Positions 14,166 to 28,254 of a DNA stretch of 64,000 nt are shown here, one piece after another. The DNA lies in contig CM022670.1 in assembly GCA_012295275.1 (NCBI GenBank), positions 16,492,001-16,556,000 of the forward strand. Direction: 5' to 3'. A program made the position numbers and the translations under genes. Position 1 is the stretch's first letter. Every line of letters begins with the position of its first letter. Source of the DNA: Chrysomallon squamiferum. Lineage: Eukaryota; Animalia; Mollusca. The notes beneath the pieces are model-generated. The model searched no databases, was not told where the DNA came from, and saw only the letters and a list, made by a program, of their open reading frames with translations.

Positions 14166-15639
14166 CAGCATGAGAAAACAAGTACAAAATAAAAAAAAAT
14201 AAAATAAAAAAATAAAAATCACTCACAAATAGTGCCAGTATTTTATCAATATCCCAAACAAATGATGAAATAACTAATGATTTAGATAAGTAGAAATAAA
14301 CGATTTTAGACAGAAAACAAAAACGTGCAGCTTCTTGTGTATGTGTGTGTGCGTGTGTGTGTGTGTCTGTGTGTTTGTGTTCTAAAAGGGGTTTGTACAA
14401 TGAATTAACACCACTATAACATCAGTAAAGTAATCAAAGTTCGTTCCATAACAAAATAGTTAATAATAATTCACATATCCAAAAAGAGGAACACTTTTTA
14501 TTATATAAAACGAAATTCTATTTGAAACGAAGAATAACGAAATGTGAATTGTTCAAACCACTGAAAGTACTGTTGATGCTCGATTTCACCGACCAACCGA
14601 GCAGAGCACCGGTACGGAAAATATAAAAGTCTGGTAAATTGGATTTCAGTTTAATACTGATAACAGTTATATAGCATAGTAGTATGATAATATGACAATT
14701 ATAGACATAAAAACCACGTAAAGAATAATGTAACGCCCCCACCCTAAAAAAAAAAAAAAAAAAAAAAAAAACAATATTATGTAGGATGAGACCAAATGAA
14801 CTGGAAACTTCCGTGTGTTGTGAGCAAAAAACATGTCCTCAGCACTAAAACCTTGGCCTTTGTATACTTCAAGAACTGATGTTCTGAAAAATATGTTTTA
14901 TTTATTTATTTATTTTTTATTTTATTTTATATTATATTATTTTATTTTTTTATTATTGTTTTTAATTTTTATTTTATTTTATTTAATTTTATTTTTTTAT
15001 TTATTTTTTTTTTATTTACTTTTTTATTATTATTTTTTTTTTATTATTTACTTTTTTACTATTTATTTTATTTTATTTTATTTTATTTTTTTTTTTTTAT
15101 TTTTTTATTTTTTTTAAATTTGCGGTTGGCTGAAATGTTACAAAACAAAGAAGCCGTTTTAACTGTTATTCATAGTTACGATTCGGTTCTGTGCAATTCT
15201 ACTGGCGAAATGTATTATTTTATTATTCTGAACAACCTAGCATCGTTTATGTATTTAAAAAAAAAAAAAAAATAATAAAAAAATGTATGACAGTAAAATT
15301 ATTAACGTACATTTACATGCTGCCTTTTGGTCCCCTCACAACTGGGACTCTAACATGATAAAGAAAACGAATGATTTGGTTATTTAAAAATAAAGCCTAT
15401 GCAGTTTTAAGATTTGCATGATCTGATAATTGGGTATGCATACTAAAAACAATATAAAAATAACAATAATAAGAACAACAACATTTTGATTTGCATCAGA
15501 TGATGATACAAAAATACTGCTTTACTGAAACGTGGTATAATAACAAATCTAAACTCGTATATACCTCAATAATTCCCCCATACACACCTCCCAAAAATAG
15601 AGTCGTATGAAGACACACAGACAAAAACAAGTTGTCTGA

Positions 15640-16030
15640 TGAAGGTGTGTGTGATACGTAGGCATTCTTGTGCGATTCTGGCTGTATGGGATCTGGCTTT
15701 ATCATGCTGATGACGGTGACCAATGGTATCCTCTCTCACAAGAGATCTCTTCAGAAACCACGACAATACCTCCACCGTGTGGAACGATCTCCGGAATGTA
15801 ACAAGACGCCATTGGTTCTCTTTGACAGTAAACACGCTGTCTTCCATCAACTGTTAACCGTTTTCATCAGTGAAGACCAACCTCTGATGGTCACATCGCT
15901 GCCAACGTTATGCAGTCAGGACCCATCTCAGTCTGAGACGAAGATTTTGTGGTGTCAGTAAATGTCCTGTTTTGTCTGCAAGTCCTTATTCAGAGAACCT
16001 CCAGTTTGCCTGGCCACTTTCAGTATAATT
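15640..16030 (-). mobile_element. Degenerate Tc1/mariner transposase fragment
   Basis: Minus-strand frames give LVFTDEN..DGRQRVY...IVPHGGG and QHDKARSHTARIAQECL, matching Tc1 DDE motifs (F.DES, GGG, QQDNARPHTA); frameshifted. Confidence 0.7.
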
Positions 16031-16181
16031 TAAACAGGGCCGGCGCTAGACTGTTTTGTGTCATGGGCAAGAACAGCTACTTGCATCACCCATCACCATC
16101 ATAACAGTCCTCATGGAACATAGTTACTCTGGGCTAATGTCTACTCGGTCTGCGTTTTTAAACTTTGCATGATGTTGTTTA

Positions 16182-16420
16182 CATGGCCGTAACTAGACTT
16201 TTTTTGAAACGAGGCAGAAACACTTAATCGCTGAGCGGAGTGGAGCAAAAGCTCCGACTTGAAAGACACAAAATCCTCGATTCTAGCCTTTTATATTTTA
16301 TATTTTTAAAATAAAATCTTTGTTTGTATGTGTGAGTGTGTATGTGTATGTATGTGTATATATATATATAAATCTAAAAAAAACTGAGGCATTTGCCTCA
16401 TTTGCCTCAGTGTAGTTACG
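16182..16420. mobile_element. Short MITE-like dispersed repeat (termini CATGGCCGTAACTA...TAGTTACGG[CCATG]); further copies at ~20124-20400, 22596-22633, 44480-44680 and 48500-48570
   Basis: Recurrent 'catggccgtaactagac' and 'gaggcatttgcctcatttgcctcagtgtagttacgg' ends are mutually inverted. Confidence 0.6.
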
Positions 16421-17880
16421 GTATTCCTTTGGTGATTTTTTGTCCCTGTGGATGTGTGACATGTTTTGTAAACCATTTTTTTGTAGAACAATAGACATAA
16501 AAATCACGTATACAAATGTGTATGTAAAGAATAATGTAACGCCCCCACCCTAAAAAAAAAGAAAAAAAAAGAAAAGAAAGAAATTATGAAGGTCTCCCCG
16601 AAAACTTCCCTTTGCGATTACCATTTACTTCAGACACTATTGTTGTGTTTGGGATCTGGTTTTAAATTGATTAATTTTCAATTTTACAGTTCTAACATTC
16701 TTTTGTATGGAATTTTATTATTTTATTCTAACTTATTCTGAGTATGTTAATGTGATGTAGGACATTGACTGGATCAGAAAACTATTCATGCGGTTTTTAT
16801 GTAATCATTAGACAAGCTGACTGTGCTATGATGTAATTTATTATTATTGTGTCATATATTTCATATATATATATATACAAGAAATCAATACTACCTATCA
16901 AAATGGCAGTACAATCTCAAAATCGAAGTTTAACAAGAGAAAGATATTTTTCTGTTTTACAACCGGCGGTTCACAGGTTCGTTTAAAGCACTTTTCTTTC
17001 AAATAACTTTAAAGATTATTATAAAATGTATATTTAATGTAAAAAAAACAACTTATAATGAATAATAATATATCAATGATTAATTTAATTAAATATTAAG
17101 AAGTAATAGTACATAATATGGTAAAGTGTAAAAGAATATAGCTGTGATAACGGAATAAATAAACATATGGTTCCTGCTTGAAGAGGCTGATTGATATCAC
17201 CGACAGGATAATTCTTTTAATATCGATAAGCAGTGAATATCCATAAGTTGTTTATTTTGTTTCATAGATTTCTTAATTTTTTTTTTTTTTTTAAATTATC
17301 ATTTTTGTTTTCACTTTATATATATTAAACTGTAAAAAACGACCTTCGACTATTCCGGATTTCTGATTTAAACCAGCACCATTTCAAAATCCGGTCCAGC
17401 TATCGTTAATTTATTATGAACAAAACCCGGTATGATTCGGGTTTGGATTCTAATTTTGTTATTATATATCCATATTGTTATTCTATAGTTTATGATAATA
17501 AAGTCACTAGGGTGGTATGGGATTAACTTTGGTCAGTCGTTTGTATTCGTGTTATAGTCTGTATCAATACCTTTGGATATCAGCGTTGTCCCTAAAAGGG
17601 ATGGCTAGTTTGCATGATTCTCGTGAATATCGGATGATACACTGGGTGTAATGAAAAAAATACCTGTGTGGATAATTGGTACATGACTTTTACATCTATT
17701 AGTAGTTATAATCTTTATTAATACACGGGTTTGAAAAGTAATATTAGTCTCTCATGAGACATACTATTTACCTGATAGCTCTTCCTCATAAATGGTAGGT
17801 ACAGGAGTGACTTGGTTGGTTTTTGAACTGAACATGACTATCTGTTCACTCAGTGCCATCTAGTTATTTTGCGGTATTCT

Positions 17881-18105
17881 GTTCACTCATATGTACACAC
17901 TCATCAACACCACTACCAGAATATGCTATCTACTGAGCTATATTCACTTAATATCAACATCGACAATAGCCGTTAATATCAATGTTAACTTTCCCTCAGT
18001 TTTATTCACTCATAAACACTCATCAGCATTGATTCCAGAGTACTGCTGTCTACTGAACTACATTCACTTAATATAAAACACGGACCATAGCCCTTAATAC
18101 CAGTT
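17881..18105. repeat. Two-copy tandem repeat, ~122-bp unit
   Basis: 'ttcactcat...acactcatca...tctactga.cta.attcacttaatat...catagcc.ttaata' occurs at ~17882 and ~18005. Confidence 0.75.
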
Positions 18106-19284
18106 TACTGTCAAAACATTTGGCCCAGGTCTCCCAACGTCATTTTGGCTATGTGGGATACAGATTTTTAAAGTTTTAGGCTAGGTGGGAGTGAACCAGT
18201 CACTGTCCATGACTACTTCGGGTTTCAGATGTAAATTCCAGAACTAAAATCAAATTGTATACTAATTTGTTTTGTCAACAATGGCACACAATTTTGAAAG
18301 TACGATCACTTCTGAAACAAAAGCGGCAATTTGCACGTTATTAAACTACCGCCCAAGATTAAATATTCGCGCTTCTTCTAAAGCTTAATAAATAATAATG
18401 ATATACTTCTTGTAATTACTACATGCAGCAAAATGAACAAGATTATTATTAGTATGTGTTGATAACTCACTGAATTCACTCATTTAGATTTAGTGTCAAA
18501 AGCAGCAGTCTGAATAAATACGTATGGTGCACATTTTGCATTGTCTTATTTAATTAGTCATAATGGCAGAGTGACCTACAAACGGCAACTTTCTAAAGCA
18601 AAGTTAATATAACAGTTTTCAGTAAAAACTGTGTAAACAGAAATATTTAGTTATTCAGGATTTGTGCTAGACTAGAAAAATATGACATAACGGAGAGAGC
18701 ACAATCTTCCAATTGTACAGGTTTTTACCACTGAAATCGGATGATGAATTAATTTTGTAATTATATCAAAATTAATTTTATTAATATATCAAGAATTTAT
18801 TATATTTTCCAATATTCTTTCCAAACTGTAGTATTTGATGGAAAATGTAATTCCCATTTGATCTGATTGGAAGCTTTCTTTAACAAAACATTGTCTTTGC
18901 CTTTCATAATTTTTCAATTTTCAATTTTTTTGCCCAATATTTGACACCCCCAAACCACGTAACTCCTTAAGCAGTTTACCGTAAATTTCAGGTAACTTAA
19001 TCAAACTAGATAAACACCAAAACACCAGTTTCAATTCAGAAAGTAGAATATAAAGTTACAAACATATTTGGGAGATGTTTTTAAAAAAAAAAAAAAATAA
19101 TATGCCTATGTTAAATAGTTATTATTTTTTCCTAACATTATTCTTCTAAAACAGATTTGATGCTGACTGTAACAGAATTAAAATACAGAATTGCATTAAA
19201 GAGTGATAATGTGAAGGAAATTGCTCTTCATAATAGGATATTTCTCTTGTTATCAGATATTTCAAAAAAAAAACAGTTTTAATT

Positions 19285-19350
19285 AAACTTATAAAGCAGC
19301 GCATATATCACGCTTAGTCGTATTTGTTATTGACTGATGAGATTCGTCAG
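19285..19350 (+). promoter_or_regulatory. Candidate TATA promoter of ODC-like copy A (conserved in copy B at ~46200-46266)
   Basis: TATAAAG at ~19290 followed ~25 nt later by Inr-like TTAGTC. The block is near-identical in the duplicated arm. Confidence 0.35.
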
Positions 19351-19934
19351 GCTAATAAAACTCTAATAATTACTGATTTGGAAGAAATGTTTTTCACACA
19401 TGACTGAAATATATGCATTTTGTGAAAAGTGAACCAAGTGGCAGATGCATGGTTGAATAAATTTATGTACAAATATTGCTTTTGTATTTCCATTAAAACC
19501 GCTATGAACCCAGTATAATGTATTCATATATATATATTTGTTAAACAGCTGGCTCAGAGGTTATTTTTAATATGTTTATTTATTAATTACAGCAGTATGT
19601 AGATAACGGTTTCTCGAACTATTTGTATACATGGAACCCATGTAGTTTACCGAAAACATATGCAGAACCTAAAATCCTAAATGATATCAAATTCAAAAAT
19701 AATATAAGCACTAAAATTTAATAAAAATTAATCCTTACTTTAGTGGGTTATGAAATTCATTTTCAACAATTAATTCTGCACATTAAAGAGAGGTTTGGAA
19801 AAGTAAAGAGAAACAATAATAAATTAAAATATCTCTGTCTTTCAGTCTCTCATTCCCTCTCTGTCTATCTCATCGTAAGACATTTTTATTCACTAACAAG
19901 TATTTTTAGACTGAAGAATTCCGTCACCTTATTT

Positions 19935-21122
19935 ATGATGTCTGAAGAACAGAAAATAGATCTTGGAGACGTGGAATTGCTCGCAGAAGACAAACCACTG
20001 AAAAGTCTTATTGCTGAAAAGACAGCATCACTCGACTCTCAGGTATCACAGTTTTCTATTTTTATACACCCACTTTTATATTCATTACATTTTTATAAAT
20101 GTTCGTTTTTCATTTCCTTCAATACATGGCCGTAACTAGACTCTTTTTGAAATGAGACAAAAACACGTAATCGCCGAGCGAAGCGGGGCAAAATGTGTGC
20201 ACGGAGTCTCGGGGGTTTCAAACGGTAACCGTAGACATGAGCGAATTCATTCAGTGGATATCATTTCTATCGGAATAGAAATTTATATTTTTTAAATAAA
20301 ATTCCTATCAAAAACTAACAAACCCCCTCCCTCCCAAAAAACACTCAACAAATTATCAATTTCGGTATGAGGCATTTGTCTCATTTGCATCAGTGTAGTA
20401 TTATAAAATATGAAATTATAACTATTACTAATAGATTTTTTAAAATTAATATTATTGTTTTGTTGTTGTTGTTGTTGATGCTGTTGTTATTATTATTATT
20501 ATTATTATTACTGTCATTATTATTATTGTTGCTATTGTTTTAACAGTAGAAGTAGTAGTAATAATAGTAGCTGTATTTGAAAAATTATTGTTCGTGTGTC
20601 TAAACGCAGAGTAAATACCTCTACTACTTCTGTATTAATGATAAATTAAAAAAAAATGTTTATAGATTCTATGGAAAATATCACAACATCACTTACGGAT
20701 GTATAAAAGTAGCCATTTTAGTGCAATCTATGTCGCAATACATTATAAATATAATACCAGAAATAGAACGTAAATCAACGCAAATCAGTGTTACAAAAAG
20801 GGTTTTATTTGTTTATTTTTTAATTAGGGAAATGAGAATTCTTTCTTCATGGTTGATCTTGCTGATATAATCAGCAAAAACGAGAACTGGAAAAAACATT
20901 TTCCTCGGATTGAACCTTTTTATGGTGAGTAGTGACAGAATTCTGATGAACAGAATCACAAACCGATAATATATTTTATAATCACTAATCAGATCATTTT
21001 AGGAGCTGAATCAGAGATCTCAACTAACGACGGGTTTGCTATTATCATTCAGACAAGAAAACAAATAGGAATTACACTTACATGAATAGAGTAGTTACAT
21101 AAAGATAATACTCTATTTTTAC

Positions 21123-21159
<37 letters not shown>

Positions 21160-22349
21160 AGAACACACATACTATGTTTTAAAATACTCTATAATTAAGC
21201 ATGAAAATTGATATATGTGTGTGTTTGTGTGTAATTATATTATTTTGTGTTATTAGCTGTTAAATGCAATGATGATTATGCTGTGTTAAAGTTGCTTGCT
21301 GATCTGGGAACATCATTTGACTGCGCCAGTAAGGTAAAACATCTACTGATATATCACCACAAACAAATAACAAGAAATAAAATTAAAATGTCGATTGACT
21401 TTCAGTGAAGAACAATTAACACTCGCACATGTATTTGTTTTATCAATACAAGTAGGAACTATTACGTTAATGTTGGAATATATTATTAATTTTGAAATAT
21501 AAGTAAAAGGACTATTTTTTTAACAAAAAATGATTTTTCAAAGTACATTGCAGTTATACAACATATAAATTATTAGCAGTTTGTTTTGTATATAATAATC
21601 TCAAATAAAATAATTCCAAACAAACAAACAAACAAACAGTAAGTAAATAAATAATATAAAATATTTTTAAAATAAAACTCTGTAATAGTCAAGAACATAA
21701 ATTTTAACAGAGTTAGTCTTAGAGTTAGTTATCTGTTTTCCAGACTGAAATTAGCAAGATTCTGAATCTTGGTGTATCACCTACGCGAATTATCTATGCT
21801 AATCCGTGCAAGCAGAAATCGTACATCAAGTACGCGGCGAAGCACAACGTCAACACACTCGTGTTTGACAACGAGGAAGAGCTGTACAAGACGAGGGAGA
21901 TATTCCCTGATGCCAGGTAAACACTCAACATTTCTTTTTGCCTTTAACTAGTGTAACTGTCGCAGTTTGTTTGTAACAACTTCACACTTTAAATATGACA
22001 ATCATAGTGCTGATCGCAAATATCGAATTTGGATTCAGTTCTGTTTGTTGTCATTCTCTTTTATAAATTATTAATGCAGGTAAAACCTTATCCTAAGATA
22101 CTATAACGTATCGTAATAGTGGATAATTTGAACATATTTGGTATTTTTTTTTTCAGATTAGTTCTACGCATCAGCACCGTTAGTAAAAGCACTTTTATGT
22201 ACAAATTTGAAACGAAATTTGGCTGTAGTCCTGATATGGTTCTGCCACTTCTGTCTAAAGCCAGGCAACTGGAAATGAATGTTATTGGAATAAGGTAAAA
22301 TGTGTCATCATTTTTACGATTTACTACCACAGCCTTTTTGATTTGAAAA

Positions 22350-22413
<64 letters not shown>

Positions 22414-25409
22414 TAAAATATCAAAATAATGTTAATGAGTATACTGTAAGGATTTTGTCAGTTTATTGATATGTATACGTCTGAAATTACAAGTAAGCGC
22501 TAACATGAGAAATTTATTGTTTATTTATGATGAAACAAAACGACTATCTGCATATCATTTAACATTACAGAGAAAATTCGGAAAGAGATAACCACAAAGT
22601 CAATTTCGGTATAAGGCATTTGTCTCGTTTGCTTCAATGTAGTTACGGCCATGCATTTTCTTTTTAGTAGATAAATAACTTATATGCTTTTTAACAACAC
22701 AAAATTAATTTTAGTTTTCATATTGGCGTTGGAACCGGTTCGGCTGAGGCTTATGCTGAAGCCATTGAACAGGCTAATTACGTGTTTGAGTTGGCTCAGA
22801 AGAATGGTTTTCATTTTGAACTCCTAAATATAGGAGGAGGATTTCCAGCGAAAGGCTTCAGTTCAGTGACATTTTCAGAGGTAAAAGTATACGCGCGCGC
22901 GCGCGCGCACACACACACACAGAGGGACACACACACACACACACACAAACATAAACAGACACATACAAACAGAAATACACAAAAGCAGAGACACACACAC
23001 ATACAACCACACAAACACTATTTAGAGAAAGAGACACACAGACATATCCACTCACTTACACGAATACGTACACATAGACACACCGACACAATGAGAAAAA
23101 CCCATCGAAACCCGAACATGGCCTACAGTTATTTTGCAACGGCGTCAGTCGCTCAAAAGTTGTTGATGATAATATAATATTGTTCAATGGATAACAAGAC
23201 AAACTTCTTACAGTAGTGAAGTTCGTACACTGGTCTCACTAATCGTAACTTTTTATGACTAATAATGGACAATGTTACGTGTCGATTTTAAACAAAGAGT
23301 TTAATGATTCTGAATATTGAACTATTTAATAAATAACACGCTTCGTAATAAACAGTTGACATTAGTTAACTAAGATAATTTTCAGTTAATACATATATTA
23401 CATTATTATGCACAGTAACACATATAATTTATTACATTAGGTAGCCGATGTTGTCAATAAAGCACTGGACAGATATTTTCCCTGTGAAAGAGGTATACGA
23501 ATAATTGCAGAACCAGGCAGATACTATGTAACATCAGCCTACACTCTGGTGCTGAACGTTATTGCTAAACGTTCCATGAGACCAAATATTCTAGCTAATG
23601 GTTTGGGTAAGCAGATTACGACCACTTACTTTCATCACTGATATACATGCTAGTAGCAGCAGAAGTATTAGTAGTTTCATTAGTGATAATCACAAACTTA
23701 AAATTCTAATAATAATCAGTCTGTATAAAATAGTTTTATTAGTATTTCCTATTAATTCAATTCCTTGCATTTCCTCTTAATATACATTGCATTACTAAGA
23801 TAACACTTACAATGATTATTATTATTAGCATTATTATTAAAGGTTTTTTTATCATCAGGATCTCAGGACAAATCAAAAACAATCATGTACTATGTGAATG
23901 ACGGACTGTTCGGATCCTTCAGCTGTGTTAACTTCTTTCCCAATCAGATTGTTCAAGCTCAGCCAGTAAAGGTATTATTATTATTATTTTTTTACATACA
24001 AAAGCCGTAACATTTTACACATAGACACACCCACCCAAAACACACACATACACGCAAACACACACACGCAAGCAAACACACACAATGATTCATAATGACC
24101 GTATCATTTAGATTCTGTACTACTTTCAGGACTGCCGCACAAAGCCAGCATTCAAATCTGTTATATGGGGCCCAACCTGCGGAATCGACAGCATAACTGA
24201 AAACAGTCTTCTCCCAGAACTAAATGTTGGCGACTGGCTCTTCTTTGAAAACATGGGAGCTTACTCGCTGACACCAGCCACTGACTTCAATGGTATGCCT
24301 CGTCCCGGTAGATATTTCTTCTGCAATAAATGGAGATGGTTAGTATTTAGAAAATTACAGTATTTTGGTTTTTATTCTATTTTAGATTTTCACCTGTGGG
24401 AATACACATACACACATATTTATACATAAACACCGTACTCACACATTACATACACACACAGATCGTGCTTACACGAAATACACGAATACAATTAAACAAA
24501 CAACCTCACGAACACATGCTTACACAAAATATACATACAGACATAAAATACAAGAATTAAAACAAAAATCTCATGCTTAAACAAAAATATAAAACCATAC
24601 AAAATCGCACACTAATATAATATATATACCAAACAAAAGCATACGTAAGACACATAAAAAGCGAATGCTTACATAAAATACATAAATATTCTCTTACAGA
24701 AAATACTTCCAGAAACATCTGCTTACAAACAACCCACAAACAAGTTCATTATACAAAGAAAAACACTTCTTTTACAAAATACAAAAACATCTTATACAAA
24801 CACACACGCAAAACCTACAGTACACACACAAACACATGCTTACACAAAATATACACAAACACGAATATACAAAAATTGGCATAAACACATATTTACACGA
24901 AACACATATGCAATAGACAGATTCATTCTTACACAAAATGAACACATAAATATATGCTTACACAAAATAAACAAATGCATTCTTACCCCAAAAAATAAAT
25001 AAATAAAAAACAAAAATAAAATAATAATAATAATAATCCCAAAACACACACAACCACTTTCTTACACAAAATGCAAACACAAAAGCACCTTTACACGAAA
25101 ACACATACACCCATACACAAACAATTGTGTTACATGTAGTATCCCATCTTCTGAGCTGCAGCCAGAATATTATAATAAAAGTAAAGGTAACGATGTTCTT
25201 CACATTGAAAAATTAAATGAAAAAAAAAAGAAAATAATGAAACTGATTTCTTAATAAATTAATATCTGTAAAATATATCACAGATAAAAAGTGATACTTA
25301 ATTCTTGCTAAATTGGTGAATTTTTAAGATGTACGCTAACTAAAACTGTAAAGTTCTGTTTTGTAGGTGCAGTGTACATCCAGAAGGAAATTTAAAACAT
25401 TCTGAATAG
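19935..25409 (+). CDS. Ornithine decarboxylase-family (fold-type III PLP) protein, copy A, 429 aa, non-canonical substrate pocket
   Basis: Ten GT-AG exons in frame without stops: 19935-20042, 20828-20924, 21257-21333, 21744-21916, 22157-22294, 22715-22880, 23441-23606, 23859-23971, 24130-24338, 25367-25409. Motifs [82 protein letters not shown]. Confidence 0.93.
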
Positions 25410-26759
25410 GAAATGAAGCTGTGAAACATTAAAACATTGGTAACGATGGTTCTAGTAGTTTAACTTATAGAGTTACACAATCGTGTTAAAATCAACATTG
25501 TTAGTCATACTAAAAATTGGTTCTTAGTTTCACTTTATATGATCATTTTATATGATCGATTATCAGTCGCTTTTACCTTACAAAGATGAAATACATTTTG
25601 CAGTAAAAAGAGTTATAATTATTTTATCTAATTTCATTTTTAATCATTTAGAAGACGGAGTAACATGCGGAATATACTTCTACTTGGCATAAGTAGACCA
25701 AATCTGAAATATTAGTTCAATCGGAGCAGTAGTTTTGGACCTACAGGCCCTCGCATTTTGGCATTCTACCAAAAATAGGTTAACTGCCATGATATCTTGG
25801 TAACCAATGGATCGATTTTGATGACGTTGGTGTGATTGGAAAGCTAATGTGATAAGGATTCCAAAATGGCCCGTAGCTGCAAAACTACTGCTGAGGTTAA
25901 AATTTCTTCGGTGATTTAATATGGAATGAGTCTATAAAGAAATCAAATTGGCTGTTAAAATGAGAACAAGAAAACATAAAATATATGTGAAAAACGATAT
26001 ATTGTTAAGCACACCAACTCCTCAACAACAATTTGAAAAATATATAAATATTTCGTAAACGCCAGTTGCAACAGAGTGTCCTGAATACTGTTATTTGATA
26101 ATCTGTCACAGCTTTATCAGAAACAGATTTATTTTTCTATATTTTATTCTTTGACGCTAATTTTTAAATATTATACAGAAAAATGTGTATCTTTTGTTTG
26201 TTGTAGTTTTTAAAGTTTATTTAGAATGTAGAGGCAGGTGGGTCAGTAATTTTGTTATTAAGTAGTTTAAGTTTGGTGTGGGTTATGTCAGGCAAAACTA
26301 CTGTCAAGCTGTAGCAATATTTTATTTATTTGTTGGATGGCTGAATACTGTTCTTCTTTCACATTAATGTATTTTGTTATTGAAAAATATAAATTTTCAA
26401 ATCTATAATTGATTTATAAATAATTTCTTTTACACACATACTTTTGTCTGTGTCAAAACTATTCGTTATATGAAATCCTGTATGTATATCTCTTATTAAC
26501 ATATGATAATAAAATAATAAATATATATAACTGTTTGTGATTATAATATATTTACACTTACATTTAATTTTTGCCAGTGTGAAAACTGTTCGTCTCATTT
26601 AATACTGTGCATGAAATACACCTATATTAAGATTATAAAATTACTCTTGAGCTTCAAAAGAAAACGCATATTTCTTAGTGTGCCAGTGGCTGTGGTTTAG
26701 ATTGTGTACATTTCAATTAGCAGTGCAAGTACAACCTATTAAAGTTCCCTAGGATGCAC

Positions 26760-27720
26760 TAAAATAACGTGGTTCACAAATCAACTTTTGTTGTTTTTGC
26801 ACTGTCAATAATTCGTACAAAAATGTACATTTTCAATTGAAATTGTGAAATGGGAAGGCATAGAGTATTTAGTGTTGAGAAATAGAATAGAAATAGAAAA
26901 ATGACATGTTGTCATCCAGGGATTTTGAAAAACCTCTAGGTTGTCGCACTAGCGCTAACACTAGATTGGCACAAAAACAAACCCAAATTAACGCCATAAT
27001 AGACCGTCAAAGTTCGGAAGAACCAAAACGTACATGAAGATCGAAAAATGTTAAGGGTTGTAAAACTTGCCCGTTTCCTCGTTGCTTCTGAACTTACGAA
27101 TCATGAACCAGTGGTATGAACGGATGGTGAGAAATCGTCTCAAGGCTACAATATACCGTGCTCATCTTAGAAATGATAGACTAGAACTTGGCTTGTTGTT
27201 CAGATGAACGTAGGATGCTGTTGCAGTTTATCGATGGTCGAATACGTGTTTGGAGACAGAATAACAGTCAGTTTATTCCTAAAATGTACAGGCTGACCTT
27301 CAGTTAGGTGTGGGATCATTAACAATTTTGGGATTTATTTTACACGGATGCAAACTGCAAAAAATATCACACTGATATCCTTGATTCGAGTGTAGTGACG
27401 CATTTCGACAACCATTCTCTAAGAAGTGTGCATCGATGACAGCACTCCACCTCACTAAGCAAGCGCCGTAATGGAGTTTCTCAAAGATTCTACCAAGACC
27501 AGTTTGCAGTTTTTATCTCAAACCCACTGAAGAGCTGTGGGACATTGGTGAACGTAACACACGTAAAAAAAATCCGCCAAATGAAACTGTAGCAGAATGT
27601 GAAACTGCTTTACATCAGGAATGGGCCTTAGTCCCTCAGCAAACAATTCAGAAATTAATTCTTAGCATGAGGTTTAGTGTGGTCTGTGCACATGCATCCT
27701 ATACAAGTTATTGAGTGACT
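26760..27720 (+). mobile_element. Degenerate Tc1/mariner element
   Basis: Fragments LFSDE-like...DGRIRVWRQ, DLKPTEELWD-like, PPNETV.ECETALHQEWALVPQQTIQKLILSMR (Tc1 C-terminus); many stops and frameshifts. Confidence 0.8.
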
Positions 27721-28254
27721 GGTAACGTCGTAATAATACTGAAAAAAAAATATAGTACGAAACGTGTACGAGATGGTATTACGTCAGAGTTACAAAAACA
27801 AATTTTGACCTTTGCAGCAATTGATACTCAATAATAGATATCTATGAATACGAGGCATTGATTAAATGACATATTTCCCCAAATTACTTTTAATAATACA
27901 TGTAGAATTGATTGGATTATGAAGACATACGTATTTAAACGTTTGTAATCACTAATCGGCGTTCCAAATTATTTTGCGTCCATTTTTCAGAACTTTTTAT
28001 GATTTAGACTGATAAAGGTAAGGATGGTTGTTCATATTACCAAACCATGATGTCACTCCTTTTGTAACTACTTTTTCAACTTAATCAAACTTTTCAAACT
28101 GGATTATTTTTGTGTAAATGTGTGCATAATAAACTGAAATTATAATGCGGAATAAGATTAATGTATTAACTTTTGTAGTTGTCAATGTTTCCCCTCTCAG
28201 AACCCATCAGAAAAGAACATTTAGGGATTGTTTGTACCCATTAAATCGGCGAAA

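Larger units (their letters stand above)
16260..27651 (+). repeat. Left arm of large inverted segmental duplication (partner ~36549-48660)
   Basis: Colinear reverse-complement matches by eye: 16885-17440 vs 47390-47940; 19180-19380 vs 46160-46420; all ODC-like exons; 25400-26600 vs 37620-38840; Tc1 remnant 26760-27651 vs 36549-37460. Confidence 0.93.

Noticed and set aside
19340-19380. CTGATGAG resembling a hammerhead ribozyme core
   Set aside because: No stem II followed by GAAA and no stem III; it only forms a short local hairpin.
19910-19934. Conserved non-AUG uORF (uCC, PPW-ending) typical of antizyme-inhibitor/ODC mRNAs
   Set aside because: No PPW or PS-stop motif found in the visible leader in any frame, so no support from this for an AZIN assignment.
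26377-26598. 73-aa ORF conserved in both arms (also 37623-37844)
   Set aside because: Low-complexity AT-rich sequence; the conservation is explained by the segmental duplication itself.
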